This document shows positions 37,401-50,045 of a stretch of DNA of 64,000 nt, piece after piece. The notes under the pieces are model-generated. The model was not told where the DNA came from. It saw only the letters and a list, made by a program, of their open reading frames with translations, and did not search any database. The stretch is from assembly GCA_977862235.1 (NCBI GenBank), contig OZ374565.1, forward strand, positions 372,001 through 436,000, written 5' to 3'. The stretch is from Dudresnaya verticillata. Its lineage: Eukaryota. Position 1 is the first letter of the stretch, and each line of letters opens with the position of its first letter. The position numbers and the translations under genes were made by a program.

Positions 37401-40400
37401 CGTATTTCTGCCTTAACCTTGTCGAGCACTGTGCAACGCACAGACGCGCCGAGAGTAATTGACAGCTTGACTGATACAGTGTAACGCCCTGCGCTATAAG
37501 CGCATCCTTCCGCTCTGCGAGAAAAGTAGAGAGCGTACTAGAACCTATCTGGTCTAGTTGTCTGTGAGCCGTTGGAGTAGCCCAGCACAGGGTGAAAGGT
37601 CGCAGGTTCGAGTCTCCGAGCGGGAGGCTCGAGCTCTTTTTCCTGACGCGACGCTGCGACTCCGAAACTCGCTACGACAGGCGGACTTAGGGCGAAAGCA
37701 ATAGCGCTCCTAGTCTTCGATCTAGCGACAGCTAGGATCAAGTAGGCACTCTTAACAAGCAGTATGGTTGCGCTGAATGGGCTTCCTGCATTCAAAATGG
37801 ACTTTCCCGCCCCTGCAACCACCTCTTCCTGTCTGGAAAGGAGGTCGATAACACCATAAAAGGGATCCACGTCCAAGACTCGGACGTTGTCTTCCTTTGA
37901 TGCTTCACTGCGTTTGGTCTTCTCAGAAAATGCTGATTCTGTGCCGATGCAGGTAGCCAGAGGAAGAGCTTCATCTCTCATCGCTTCAGAGTCTGGCTGA
38001 GTGACATCAAGACATACACCGACTGCAGACTCACCAGCTGTCTGCAACTTGTAAATCACACCATAGCTGTGTTCTGCATGCACTCGCGCTTGCTCGATTC
38101 ATCCAATTGCAAACCCCTTCAACACACCTGTCTTGCCAAGGAGGTCTTGCCATTTCTCCAGTGAGCTGAACAACGACAAAGTGTCTGCCTCAAGACCAGA
38201 AAACCCCACATTGGAGAGTCGAAGGGATAATGAAAAACGCTGTTTCTTCTCGTCGATATTGTCCACCACAGCTGCCACACTATTGTGAATCTGCAAAGCT
38301 CTAGAAGGGTCACTTAAAAAATGGTCGGCAATGCGAGAGATACGGGTGAAACCTAACGAATCCCCAAGGAACGCAACTATCGCCCCAGTACCCAACAGCG
38401 CCTTAAGGTAGCCACGCAAAACTGGCTTCTGCTGATCGGTTGTCGTCCTTTCAACAATGCGCTTCACATCATTACAAGATTTTGGCAATAACCCTTGTGC
38501 TGAAGCGGTCTTCAGGCTTGGTTTGAGGGTAAGAACAGGCCTGTCTTCCGAAACAGAAAGGACCATCAGGTCTGACAAAGTGATAGGAGAACCTCTTTCT
38601 CCTTTCTGGGCTTTGCCAAGAAGGCTTAGAACTTCCTTGACTAGTTGCGGGGCAATCCCGGGGACGTCTGCAATATGTCCAAACGGCAGGTAGCATTCCA
38701 CACTGCCGTTAGAGCTTCCCGATTTTCCTTGCTCGGTGGCCTGGTCTTGAGGCCCACCCTTTGCGGCTGTGGTAACAGAATTAGATGGTACCTGTACCGA
38801 CACTATGAAATGTTTCGCTTGCTCATCTGCAGAGGTGATGTGGCCACCTACAACCTGACCCAGGCTAAGGGTCTTTTGTTGCAGAAGAGCCTGAAGCACC
38901 ACGCAAATCCATAGAGATAGTGATGCGCCTTCGCGGAGAGTCAATCTTAGTTAGTTTGACAAACACTGTCTGTCCGACAGGGTATACTTCTTTGATATCT
39001 GCCAACTGCTCAGCTTGAGTCTTGTTCGTGTCAATGCAAAGCTCGCGAATTGGTGAAAGACCTGCCATGTCTTCACAAAAGCAACAAGAACAGACCCGAA
39101 ATCCAACACTTTGATAACAGATCCCGTGAAAATGCCTTTGGTCGATCAGGTTCAACCAAGTCATCTTCGGATGATCTCCTTTTGCTAACGACAAGCGACT
39201 TCTCGGCCTGCTCGAAGGGAGTAAGAAGTGGATACTTCGGGGAAAATAGGGACTTCTTCGCAGATAAATAGGTCTTTCCCCTTCCCACGTCGATACCAAT
39301 GGCTCTGCAACGTATCGTTGCTCCTATCCGCAAATTCTCCAGCATGGCCATTCGCTTCGGGGTCATCGGTACAATAGAAAGGTGTGCTGCTTGGGTAATA
39401 CCAAGCAGGTGCGAGTCACCAGCCACAGCTACCGTAACGGCACCCATCGTGGTGTGACTCATCACCTTGCAATCATACAAAGCGCCGACCTCAATCTCCT
39501 CAATGGAAAGAGATTTGCGTGCCAGAATACTTCGTCGGAGGACGATGTTAACAAGCCCATCGAATCGTGGCACCGAAATAACCCTCGCACCATCTTCAAC
39601 GATCATGCCGGGGTGGTACCTTGATTCGAGTTTGACATCTTTCGAGTCTGAAACTCTGCTTATGTGAGCAAACACTGGTACAGTACGTGCATTCCAATAT
39701 TATCCCCAGCGAATTTGGCAGTGTCTTCATCTTTAAGAGTTTCTTCTGCTCCTTCCGCACCGACATAGCTCATTATGAGGCCAGACCCGGGTTTCACTCT
39801 TTCGACTTTCAGCCGTTTCATGAAACTGCCTATCTTCCACGACTGCGGCACTTCCCGAGGGCGTAGTTCGTCGACCAGCGAAGGTAGCAGTGAAGAGGCA
39901 ATGCGCTTCTGCGAGGGGTCCACGTAGAAAATCCGCGCCGTTACCAGCTTGCCGACGTCAACATCCCATGTCCCATCCGCCCTTCGCGGAACATGGGACG
40001 CATCAACAGACAACTTGGACACCGAAAACGCAGTCAAGGCAACCCCCCAGGACCCTCCTTAACGACGCGTGCGGGAACTACCATACCGGCGGTGAGCTCA
40101 CTGTACGTAAGCCCAGCGGTATCTTCAACGCACGCCTTGATAACCTTCTTCTTCAGTTCCGACACATTGACGACCACGGGCAACACTGGACCGTTCTTCC
40201 GTTTCTTCTTCCGAGATACATCCGCTTCCACAACAACTTCCACCGGACTACCCATGCGCAATTCCCCCTCGCTCTCGTCGAACGGAAGAAAGGCCGTGTG
40301 CGGCACACCAGACCCGAACGTCAATACATAACCATGGTCCTCAACCGAGCGCACAACTGCGTACAGCGGGGACCCGCGGCGCGTGACGCGCTTTTCGGAC

Positions 40401-40749
40401 AGGCCGGCATTAACGAGCCCCGGATTCATGGAAACAGTCAGGGCGCGCTTTCCATGGGCATTATGCTCGTTCGAAACAACAGCCACACGCACAGTCTCCC
40501 CCGTGCTGACCGCCTCGCATAGGGCGAAGTGGACTGCGCAGAGAATTCTGTTCGGGTGACTACTGCGAGGAGAGTGACACCGGGGGCAAGATGGGAGTGT
40601 CTCAGCGAGAGGCCGGTGCGGGTTACAGGGAGCGGCGGGTCTGCGTGGTCCGCGGACGGATTTCGTCGTGCGCGTCGGGCGCGTACGCTTGGACAGAGGT
40701 CGCCTTCGGACGAGGGCCTCGGTGCTGGCTTGTTGCGTGATGGCGCCAT
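34481..40749 (-). pseudogene. RRP5: rRNA biogenesis protein RRP5/PDCD11 homologue, multiply disrupted
   Basis: Tandem S1 domains and C-terminal HAT repeats ([67 protein letters not shown]). Broken into about 9 ORFs and carries a TE insertion. Confidence 0.92.
37480..37676 (+). mobile_element. 197-bp LTR-like insertion with tRNA-type Pol III promoter
   Basis: ACAG TSD at 37476-79 / 37677-80 and TGTAACG...CGCTACG termini. A box 37550-60, B box 37605-15, T5 at 37637-41. Removing 201 bp restores RRP5 SPPV|SVKLSITLG. Confidence 0.8.
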
Positions 40750-41497
40750 GTCGTCTCGGACGGGCGCGGGTTGAGGGCGTTGGGGGCGTCTGGGGGGTGA
40801 GCACACGGTTGGCAGTTGGGGGGGAGCAGGAGAGGATATGGTCGGATCAAAAAGCTGAAGGACGGCGAGACCCAAGCGAGAAGTGGGCAAACAACCCCAG
40901 TGGGGAAAAACCTTGAAAAATGTAGAACCGTCGTACCTGTCGGGAGTCGAACCCGGTTTCCGGAAATCAACGACAGCGCCGAAACCACTGTGCCACACGT
41001 CCGCCTCCGCGCGCGTATATGGGGCCGACGCGCCGGCGGTGGCGGAGACGATGTGATATGATTGAAATTACAGAGAGACTTGGCTTACACGATCTTGCGT
41101 GTTTAGCGGTGACTGGTTTCATTGCCGGTCCAATGATGTCCGTGTGTGTCGACTGACAAGATACACGGCAGGTCGGTTGCCCTTCGCCCTTCTCATGATG
41201 TCAACAACTACGACTAAGCCTCAGCAACCTCTCGTTAGTTTCATGCAGTGCAGCAATTCAAACATGCAGTCCCTAACGTACACAGTGCGGTTCCAGAAAG
41301 CACATCATCGGAGCAGTAGTCCCACAATGAAAATGACTGGCACAACAAAGGAAATTTATTACGTGTAAAAGAGAAATGGTGAAGATAAATTCTTCACGCT
41401 TACTTCAAAAGGAGCCCTACAAAGCTCCGAGAGTTGGGCTTTCTTAGACCCGTGCGAAAGGTGAAAACCCGCCGATTGTTCGATATCCATAACCTTG

Positions 41498-43564
41498 TTA
41501 AGCAAGCTTGAATACCACGCAGTAATTAGGAGAGTTCGAAGTTCCTCGGACACGGAAAATAACTTTCAGGCACTTCCTGTCAATCCTCTCGAACGGCCGC
41601 GGGTCAAAACGATTCGGCACAACCGCGTACTGCCCATAGCGGGAAGATGCCGCAAATAGCTTCCCTTTCGCTCGAGTCTCCTGGCCATTGGGTTTCACAA
41701 ATACAGTGCGCAATATTGCAGAGCGCAACACCCCGGGATGCCTCCCATCGAGCAAGTTCACAACAGGCGGTGTGAACTTCTTCTTGAATATCGGCTCACC
41801 AGGAATCAGAAACGCTGGAATCCCAGTCGGGAATGTATGGAATCGCAGCAAGCAGTGGTAGCTTGCGCTTCTACATGCGTCTTTAAGCGGTGCGGGTGTT
41901 GGGGCAGCAGCTCCCAAACAAAGATCTCCAGCCAACTTATTCACTTGCGAAGAGAGCACTGCGAATGAAGGTGCACGCAGAGCGAAGCTGGGACTTGATG
42001 CCAGATCTTCTAGGTACTTTCCGGCCACTCCGTTTCCAATTCCGACAGTAAGAATTGCTATTCCGTGGCTCTTCACTGACGCTGATATATTGGTTACCCG
42101 AGGAACGGCATTGTCCCTTCCGTCTGTTACCACGACGAGAAGTTTCGTCCCTTTCCTTGGGTGCAGATCATTGAAGCATGCCTGAACACCAGCAAACATG
42201 TTCGTGTATCCAATCGTCCCCTTCAGAGCTGTGATAGCAGGCATGAACTGTTGCAATCTCTGCATAGTCATAGTGCGGACCGATTTCGCCCGAATATTGA
42301 AGGTGTGAGCAGAGTAATAAGCCATAGGACTCCTCAAGGCGACCTGCCTGGAGGTTTCCCGCACAAATTCCTTCTCCATTTCAAGTTCAGCGGCGCTCAT
42401 CGATCGACTGTTGTCAATTGCGAAACAAACGTTGTCGACAGGGCAAGGCGTCGGTGATGGCGACACAGATGGGGTGACAGAGGTTGATGGGGTGGCAGAG
42501 GTTGATGGGGTGGCAGAGGTTGATGGAGTCGGTGATGGCGACCCAGATGGGGTGACAGAGGTTGATGGGGTGGCAGAGGTTGATGGAGTCGGTGATGGCG
42601 ACCCAGATGGGATGACCGAGGTTGATGGGGTGACAGACGTTGATGGAGTCGGTGATGGCGACCCAGATGGGATGACAGAGGTTGATGGGGTGACAGACGT
42701 TGATGGAGTCGGTGATGGCGACCCAGATGGGATGACAGAGGTTGATGGGGTGGCAGACGTTGATGGAGTCGGTGATGGCGACCCAGATGGGGTGACAGAG
42801 GTTGATGGGGTGGCAGAGGTTGATGAAGTCGGTGATGGCGATACAGATGGGGTGGCAGCGGTTGATGAAGTGGGTGAGGCAGTTGGTGTAATTGTAGGCG
42901 TAGGGCTTGTTGTCGGGCAGGGAGAAGTCATCGAGACTTGGCACGAAGCCTTCGTAGCTTGTTGAATGACAGAAGCCAAGTTTCCGAACCTTGCGTTGAT
43001 GTAGAATGCCGGACTGCTGGCAACTTGTTTCAGAAAGGCTTCGCTTATGCCACTGCCGATGCCTATTGTGACAATGGCAATACCATTCCTAGTCTTCAAG
43101 GAATTGGCAAAAGATCGGGTTGACGAAGGATTCCTATCAACTCCATCAGTCAGGACCACAACCACACGGTTTCCGGCTGTTCCAACAAGCGACCTACAGA
43201 CTGCTAAGCCACTCGCAATGTTCGTTCCTCCAGCGGTTTGGGTTGTGCTCTGGATTGCATTCTTGAAACTGGAAATGCTTGAGGTACTAGTAGACACCGT
43301 GCGAGCACCATTTGAAAAAGAAGCTGCGCTGTACCTAACAATTGCCCCTGGGTTTGCAGCAGCAACAGCATCAGCGAACGATGAAACAAAGCCCTTCTGC
43401 TCTAGAAATTGGGGGGAAGTGATCGATCCACTCTCATCCAATGCGAAACACACATGTTGAATGGAACAAGTCGTTGTCCCCGTTCCGCATGGCGGCGGAG
43501 ATGCAGCTTTTGCGCTGGAAATGATTCCAAGCAAAACACAGAGCAAAGAAAAGAACGTCTTCAT
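41498..43564 (-). CDS. Secreted protein with two von Willebrand factor A domains and a Ser/Thr/Pro stalk (688 aa)
   Basis: Signal peptide, MIDAS motifs DESGS and DNSRS, T...TDG motifs in both domains, intact single-exon ORF. Confidence 0.93.
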   Translation of the reverse strand: MKTFFSLLCVLLGIISSAKAASPPPCGTGTTTCSIQHVCFALDESGSITSPQFLEQKGFVSSFADAVAAANPGAIVRYSAASFSNGARTVSTSTSSISSFKNAIQSTTQTAGGTNIASGLAVCRSLVGTAGNRVVVVLTDGVDRNPSSTRSFANSLKTRNGIAIVTIGIGSGISEAFLKQVASSPAFYINARFGNLASVIQQATKASCQVSMTSPCPTTSPTPTITPTASPTSSTAATPSVSPSPTSSTSATPSTSVTPSGSPSPTPSTSATPSTSVIPSGSPSPTPSTSVTPSTSVIPSGSPSPTPSTSVTPSTSVIPSGSPSPTPSTSATPSTSVTPSGSPSPTPSTSATPSTSATPSTSVTPSVSPSPTPCPVDNVCFAIDNSRSMSAAELEMEKEFVRETSRQVALRSPMAYYSAHTFNIRAKSVRTMTMQRLQQFMPAITALKGTIGYTNMFAGVQACFNDLHPRKGTKLLVVVTDGRDNAVPRVTNISASVKSHGIAILTVGIGNGVAGKYLEDLASSPSFALRAPSFAVLSSQVNKLAGDLCLGAAAPTPAPLKDACRSASYHCLLRFHTFPTGIPAFLIPGEPIFKKKFTPPVVNLLDGRHPGVLRSAILRTVFVKPNGQETRAKGKLFAASSRYGQYAVVPNRFDPRPFERIDRKCLKVIFRVRGTSNSPNYCVVFKLA
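42445..42860 (-). repeat. Coding 60-bp tandem repeat with 18-bp subunits
   Basis: About 6-7 units encoding SPSPTPSTS(A/V)TPSTSV(T/I)PSG. Confidence 0.93.
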
Positions 43565-46151
43565 GCTACCTCTTAAACAGATGGAGAGGTTGCGCTTACG
43601 AATTAAATCCCAGAAACGAAGCCAACACTCTGTGTGTCGGCCGATAACAGTCTGAACACTTTCCCTGAAGCCAGAGCCCCTTGAGTTCAGAAGGGTCTTA
43701 GTCTTATATACTGTCTTATTTGAAAGACTTCCCTGATATCTTAGATGTTACGTCGGAGCAGAAGTTTTCACCATCTATCGACACATTCAAGACGATAGGT
43801 TTATACCGACCACGGGTTTATTTAAAATGTTTATGTACCTAGTCAATCGCCAACGATTTCCTGCTTATTGCAGGTTTTTCTTAATAGAAGAAACAATGCC
43901 AATCGACTAGCGTTCTGCTTGTAACGTCGCCATGCCCCCCTCTGATGCAGGAAACTTGTTCGAAACTGTGAAGTGCTGCACAGTAAGGCACAGGAAGGTA
44001 CGTAAAAGCAGCAAATCTACAAAAAATGGTGCCTAGTCTTCCCATGGATTCAGAGAGGTCATTAGATAGACATCTGCGGGGAAGAGTAAGAAGGACATCC
44101 AAGTCTGTATAATAAATTGGCAAAACTGGCAATGCCGTAGTCCATAATTTAGGAAGCTCTTCGAAATGGTGAGGCACTGTTATGCATGCACTACATTTAC
44201 AGGATGTGTAGAATATATAAGAAAGAACGCGGTCGTGGTGCATGAGATAACTCACAAACCTTATTGAAAATGCACATTTTACACAATGAGCCTCCAGAGA
44301 GACTGGTCACTGAACCAGACTCGTTCATTACTGCAGGGAGGGTCGATGTAGAAAGCGAGAGACCGCGTTGGGGTATCTGCCTGATTGTAGCGCGGCATTG
44401 CTCACCATCTGTCACAGAGTACAGTACGTCACTATCGCGAGCGCTGATTATTATATCCCGATTTTTTCTGCAATAAGTATTAAACGTGTTAGAATCCAGA
44501 AATGCATCTTTCGCTGCCTGTGGAACAGCAGTACCAAGAGGCAGTCAATCCGATGCATGGCGCTTATGTACAAAATGGCACCTCTGATTAAACTGGTAGA
44601 AGGCGTTTCTGCTGGGTATATACGTCACTTGCGGCGTAACAGAACTGCATTACCGCACAAATTGAAACCCGAACGGCGGGGCCTTAAAATAGCTGCTTCA
44701 GTACTCCTCGAGATTCATCGACATGACCTATTGCAAACGGAGACCTGATTACAAAACAAGAAAAAAACAACAGGAGACTCAACAGGGGCGGGCTCACCCG
44801 TCCCCTGTAATTTCATTATTGTATTGAGAGAGACCTTTATTAAAGAACAAGAGTTTATTGTACTGTGTAATCGGCAGGGGGTCTTCCTAGGACACATCTC
44901 TTTTCGCACATAAGCCCATCAATCGACCGTGTGAACGTTAAACAACAAATAAAATACAACAACACATAGAAATTGCTCTTGTTGCGAAACCAATCGACAG
45001 TTTTATAAAATGCTCACCCTTTTCTGCAACATGTCGTTTTAATTCTAATATTATTGCAATCTGTGTCGTTCTGTTGTCTACACTGCAGGATCGCGTGCTA
45101 CGGCGTCGGTGGCGTCGAGAGCGGCGCGGCGCATTGTGCGCGGCGCGCGTGAGCGGGGCCGGCGGGGCGAAGGCCGCGCGCGAGCGACTCGCCGCCATGG
45201 TTGCTCGCGGTCGGACGGGGGGAGGGGGCGGGGGGGACGCGCGAGCTGAGCTCGGCACGACGGGCGCGGCGCGAGGCTGATCTGCGCGTTGGGGCGGGGA
45301 GTGAGAGCTCGCGGCGCGGCATCGGCACGAACGGCGCCGCTGCGGTGCGCGGCGCGCGCGCATTGGTCGAGGCGCGGGGCGATTGGAGTGTTTCTGTGAA
45401 GGGTTCTCGCTGCCGCGTTGCACACGTGTATCGAGCGTTTCTTGTGTGACCTGCCATGAAGGCTTCATTGCAGGCATCGCGCAGACGCTCCTTGTGCCCA
45501 CTATGCACTACCACTCTCACAATCCGCGCAAGGTCCGGAATGCTGCAAAGTAGACCTCCGGAAGCATTCCCTCACTTACAAAACACCGGCACCCTCCGCG
45601 GCACCGCCTTCCTTTCGTTCACAGCACTTTCGATACCACCCCAATTCCACTTTTGTTAGTCGACAACTTCGCGTGCTTCCATGCTCCTCATTCCGCAGCC
45701 TGCTCAACCTAGTTCTATCACTCGGATCGACCATCTCATTCTTCAAACGTTCACCGAGGCAATAAAGTTGACAAATTCTCTCGAGTTCCTATTTTCAATA
45801 CTACCCATGGGAAGCAAAACAATATCACTCCCATAAAGAGAGTCGCGAGATTTAGCTTTGCACCGCAGTAACCGTAGGCCCCTTCATTGTTCAATGCCAA
45901 TTAACTCCAACAAAGGGCATGATGACCAACCTTAGTGGTCTTTCCATCATTTCCATTCAGAAAAATCCATACCATAAGAATCCCCTCGACAGAGCTGCTC
46001 GCTCCCTTGTGCTTGTGCTACCTCATATCAACTCCCCATCCGATCCGACCCTGTAGCAACCTCCAACGTTTCCCGCATGTTCCTCGGCTGCAAGGGCTCG
46101 TCACTGAAAAAAGAAACGGACTACCTTGCTTGACATAACTCTGCATCGATA

Positions 46152-46736
46152 ATGACTACTGATGCATGGCTTGAAAGACTCAATCCGGAGGAAGAAGAGG
46201 TCTACAACCTGATTAACAGTGCCGAAGAGGAATATTTGCGATATTTATCCGCAAAGGCACATCACGCCCCGCTTCCCTTAGAAGAATATCATCTTGTCTA
46301 TTCTGCGCTATCACGAGCACTACGATGCCAGCAGCGTCTGGTTCTACTTGGGGTCAACGTCATGGAAAACTTCTTGGCCTCCGGAACACTCAACATTGTT
46401 GAAAACCAAATCAACCTCCACGCTGCTCCATCGCGTAGAATTTCGTATCCGCCATTGAGGAACAATGCGCAGAAAATTGCCAGTGATACGCAAATGAAGA
46501 GAATCCAGAACACAAAACATGCCTTCAAAGCCTACATCTTCGCGAAGGACACCAGTCAAAAGAATAACCTCATCGCACAGCACTACATCAAGGACGCCAC
46601 CGAAAATCTGTTGAAGGTCATCAACGATTTGCATCAGATGTTCAAACTTGCGGGGAGGAAGGCTGAAGCGATTCAAAAGTCGAAAGAAGCGCTTGGATAC
46701 AATGAAAGTCTTATTTCTCGAGTCGAACGGCTGTAA
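46152..46736 (+). CDS. Hypothetical protein, 194 aa (duplicate of 1661..2245)
   Basis: Identical translation. Confidence 0.5.
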   Translation: MTTDAWLERLNPEEEEVYNLINSAEEEYLRYLSAKAHHAPLPLEEYHLVYSALSRALRCQQRLVLLGVNVMENFLASGTLNIVENQINLHAAPSRRISYPPLRNNAQKIASDTQMKRIQNTKHAFKAYIFAKDTSQKNNLIAQHYIKDATENLLKVINDLHQMFKLAGRKAEAIQKSKEALGYNESLISRVERL

Positions 46737-49319
46737 CACCCCAACAATGTGGAACGGGTTTGAAGAGCCGTAGTAGCTACTACAGTAACAACGTACCAAT
46801 CTACCGAGATCATGGAAAGGCATGAGAAACTCTAAGCTCCCTGGTCTTTCCCTTATGCGGGACAAACATAATCAAGATAGCTTTTCTTGACCCGAGTATA
46901 ATTTGCCTACCTCGGTAATGATGTGAGTTCGTGGTGGCTGTTAACCGCCGTGCACTCTTTGACCGTTGCCTTTCACATGAATTGTAAGCAGGTCCCCTTA
47001 AGGGCTGTAGTCTTACCTATGCATAAAGGGCTCCCTCAACGTATTGTTTGCTTGTTTAGGCCAGGGCTTTGCCGCGTACTATTGCGGTCTATTTTTCGTC
47101 AGTATTGACAATATGCAGTAATATTGCAATACTGAGAGAAAGGGCAATATTTATTGCTATTTGGTCCAATGTTTCACCAGATCGATTCCTCATATGCTCT
47201 ATGAATTATATTCAGTCCAACGAGTCGGTATCACTATCATATTGATGACATTGATGTAGTAGACAGCACCCGGACCAACAGCATTAGTAGAATGTTGTCT
47301 GTCCAGTGTTCTCTCGATGACATATGAATGCAATCTTAGGCCCATTCGTTACTGTTTGGGTGCACTCCGACATATTCTATGAACAATTCCACGATACTTA
47401 ACATATGCAGTGCAAGAGAGCAAACGTCTGGCCTTGGTAACTACTCTTGCTGTCGTTTTAAAGTGGACTCTTTTCTGTGTGTGAATCGTTTGATGCGTGT
47501 GTGTTGTGTCGTGCTGTCTATGTATGAACAGCCGAGGCTATGTAGAGCCTCTTCGCCACAACAAAATACTACGAAAGGAATGTATCTGAGATATACTGGC
47601 ACTACGAGCTGTCACAACGCTAGCGGTATATTATTGCCGTAGCTTTGGTGACACTCTACTATCAGAATGCAGCTGCAGTATTCGTGGAGTGCACTCTCTT
47701 ACATGCAATACTTAGACAACTGCCCTATACATACATATATATCTACTATTGAGATATATATTCAACTATATAAATAGTAGCATCTTTTCAGTCTGAAGAC
47801 TATTTCCATAATGGCCTCGTTCTTTTCGTAATGGAACTGATACGGCGTTACCAGGAGCACTGTTCCTTAACACAAGCAGCATTTCTTATCTCTCAACTTT
47901 TAATTCCTTAAAAGAAATACGTCAGCAGGCTGTCGACATCAAGAAAGAGACGACCGCATTTCGAAGCCCAGCATTTGAAGGTTGTCAAGGTACAACCGAG
48001 TAAAGGCTTAGAAGCCTTTAGGGTTACGGTACCTAATTACAGTGTCTTACACCTGGTGATATCGAAAGTGCAGAGTTTGTATGGATCTGGGGCGAATCAG
48101 TAGTTCCGGAGAGAGAGGACGAGTTTGAAGGTCCAGTGGAAGGTATAGAACGTACCCCATTGTGCACCCATTGCCCGAGAAGCACAAACATACGATTTTA
48201 TGGCAGTGCAAATCCACAAGGGGTCCCCAATATCTGATCTGATTGTCGGCGACAGGCCGTCTGCTCGACATCGCCTGATAGAGCGTGATGCGAGGACGTG
48301 AGAATATTAATTTCTATCACAGATTCGAGTCTGTCTGGGTGTGGTGCAGTTGACAGTGTTACACATAGCGCTCGCACTGTTTGGGAGTACTCCCTACAAT
48401 GGGATCCCAAAGCGCACACGCGACGCTGCAGGGTAATTCCCTAGAATGGGAGCCTGCTGGGGAACGCACTGCTGAACAATGGCAGACCCCACGGCCGATC
48501 ATGGCTATCGCGCACAGACCTGGTGAACCTGCACAAGGCAGAACTGCCGGTCTGACAAGGCGAATTTGCGTCCCTTCGGACAACCCTCTACATCTTATTG
48601 GCTAACGCTCAGGGTCCCCTGACAACAGGGTTCAGACCTGAATGACTTTCCGTCCGTCCCCGACCCACTGTGGGACGGCGGGTGTGAACACATCCACCTG
48701 TTCAGGTCTATCTGACTTGGAGCGGATCCCGCGAGCATGCGGGCCACAAATACTGTGGGTCGCTTTGAGCCGTCCGGCTGTAGAAATAATAAAGCCAGCA
48801 CGCTGGCGTCGAACGACGAAGACGAGGGACAACACACCACTCCTCATCCACGCCGTGACTTTGCCCTCCACTTTGCCAACCCCAACTTTCTCTCTACCGA
48901 CCTTTTACTTTTCCTTTTCGCGTTCGCGATCTACTGCTTCGAAGGCAAAAGCGGTTACGCGTCACAGTAATTACTTTTCCCCGGAGTAGTTTCGTTTTTG
49001 TTGACGAAGCGAGATTGTGTTCACGGTGACCAGCACTAGGAGTGCTACGAATGGATCCAATGCCCAAGATTCATGCACAAAATCCGTGTCCGTCAGACGA
49101 TCGTCGAAACGGTGGAAGCGAAGGCTGATAGGACTGTCAACGGCTGACTTCGTCTTGTTCAAGCACGATCGCGAGATCTATGAACGACGAGTCGCTGAGA
49201 AGAATTCGGATCCGAATGTTAAGATCCAGCTTACGACCTACAAGGACTCTATTCTACCTGCTGTGCTGGAGATCTTCGCACTAGGTGACTGGGTTCCGAT
49301 GGACACCGTTGATGACACC

Positions 49320-50045
49320 TGTAGTAGAATGGCTTTGAAGCCAACAGAGACGGCGACACGGCACGACAGCTGTCCTCAAAGAGCGATCCCACTCGCGTGG
49401 TTGGTAGCTCGGTAAAGGGGTGGTAGAGACTTGAAAGGGCTTAAAGCCCTAACAAAGGAAAAAGGGATAGGCGAACCCTGCTGAATAGAGCAATTCGTCG
49501 TAGACGACAGGGCTTGTAGACGCCCAAAGGGAAGTTGTAGCGGTAGCACCGTAAGCGTCCAAAAAGGGGAAAACCCAAGGCACAGACCGCTGCCGGTTTA
49601 GTGCCGGGCCCCTGCTACTCAGGGGCCCCATAAATACAGCGAGAGCCGAAAAGTGCTCCTCGCTCAGTTAGAGCTCTATGGCTAATACTTAGCTAATACT
49701 GTACAATACAGGTACGATATATCCTTAGATAGGAATGAGTGGTCAGGCCACAAGGCCCGCGCGGCGCCACTGTCAGGCGCCGTGCGGCAAACATCCGCCA
49801 GCAATGCATGGCGCGATGGTGCGGCCATGGTTAATCCCCAAATGGCACAGGGCCATATTATCTGGAGCAGTGTGCCCTACAGATCAACTCTGTACACGTG
49901 TTGCCTTACAGCGCAGGAGCGTTCCAGCAATGAAATCAATCGGAGCACCAGCCATGTCATCCGGGCAGTTGTGCGCCCGTCATTCCTTACAGAGGACTCG
50001 TGTCCACGTGGCTCCTTACAGGGCGTCAACGCCCGTTGTACCACA
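49320..50045 (-). mobile_element. Solo LTR B, copy 2
   Basis: Same site as copy 1. Left TSD reads ACACC, right ACATC. Confidence 0.9.

Noticed and set aside
37540..37630. Functional tRNA gene
   Set aside because: A and B boxes are present, but I could not fold a convincing acceptor or anticodon stem, and it lies within a TSD-flanked insertion.
42411..42965. DGV-repeat and CHPINL-repeat ORFs
   Set aside because: Antisense and alternate-frame shadows of the vWA stalk repeat.
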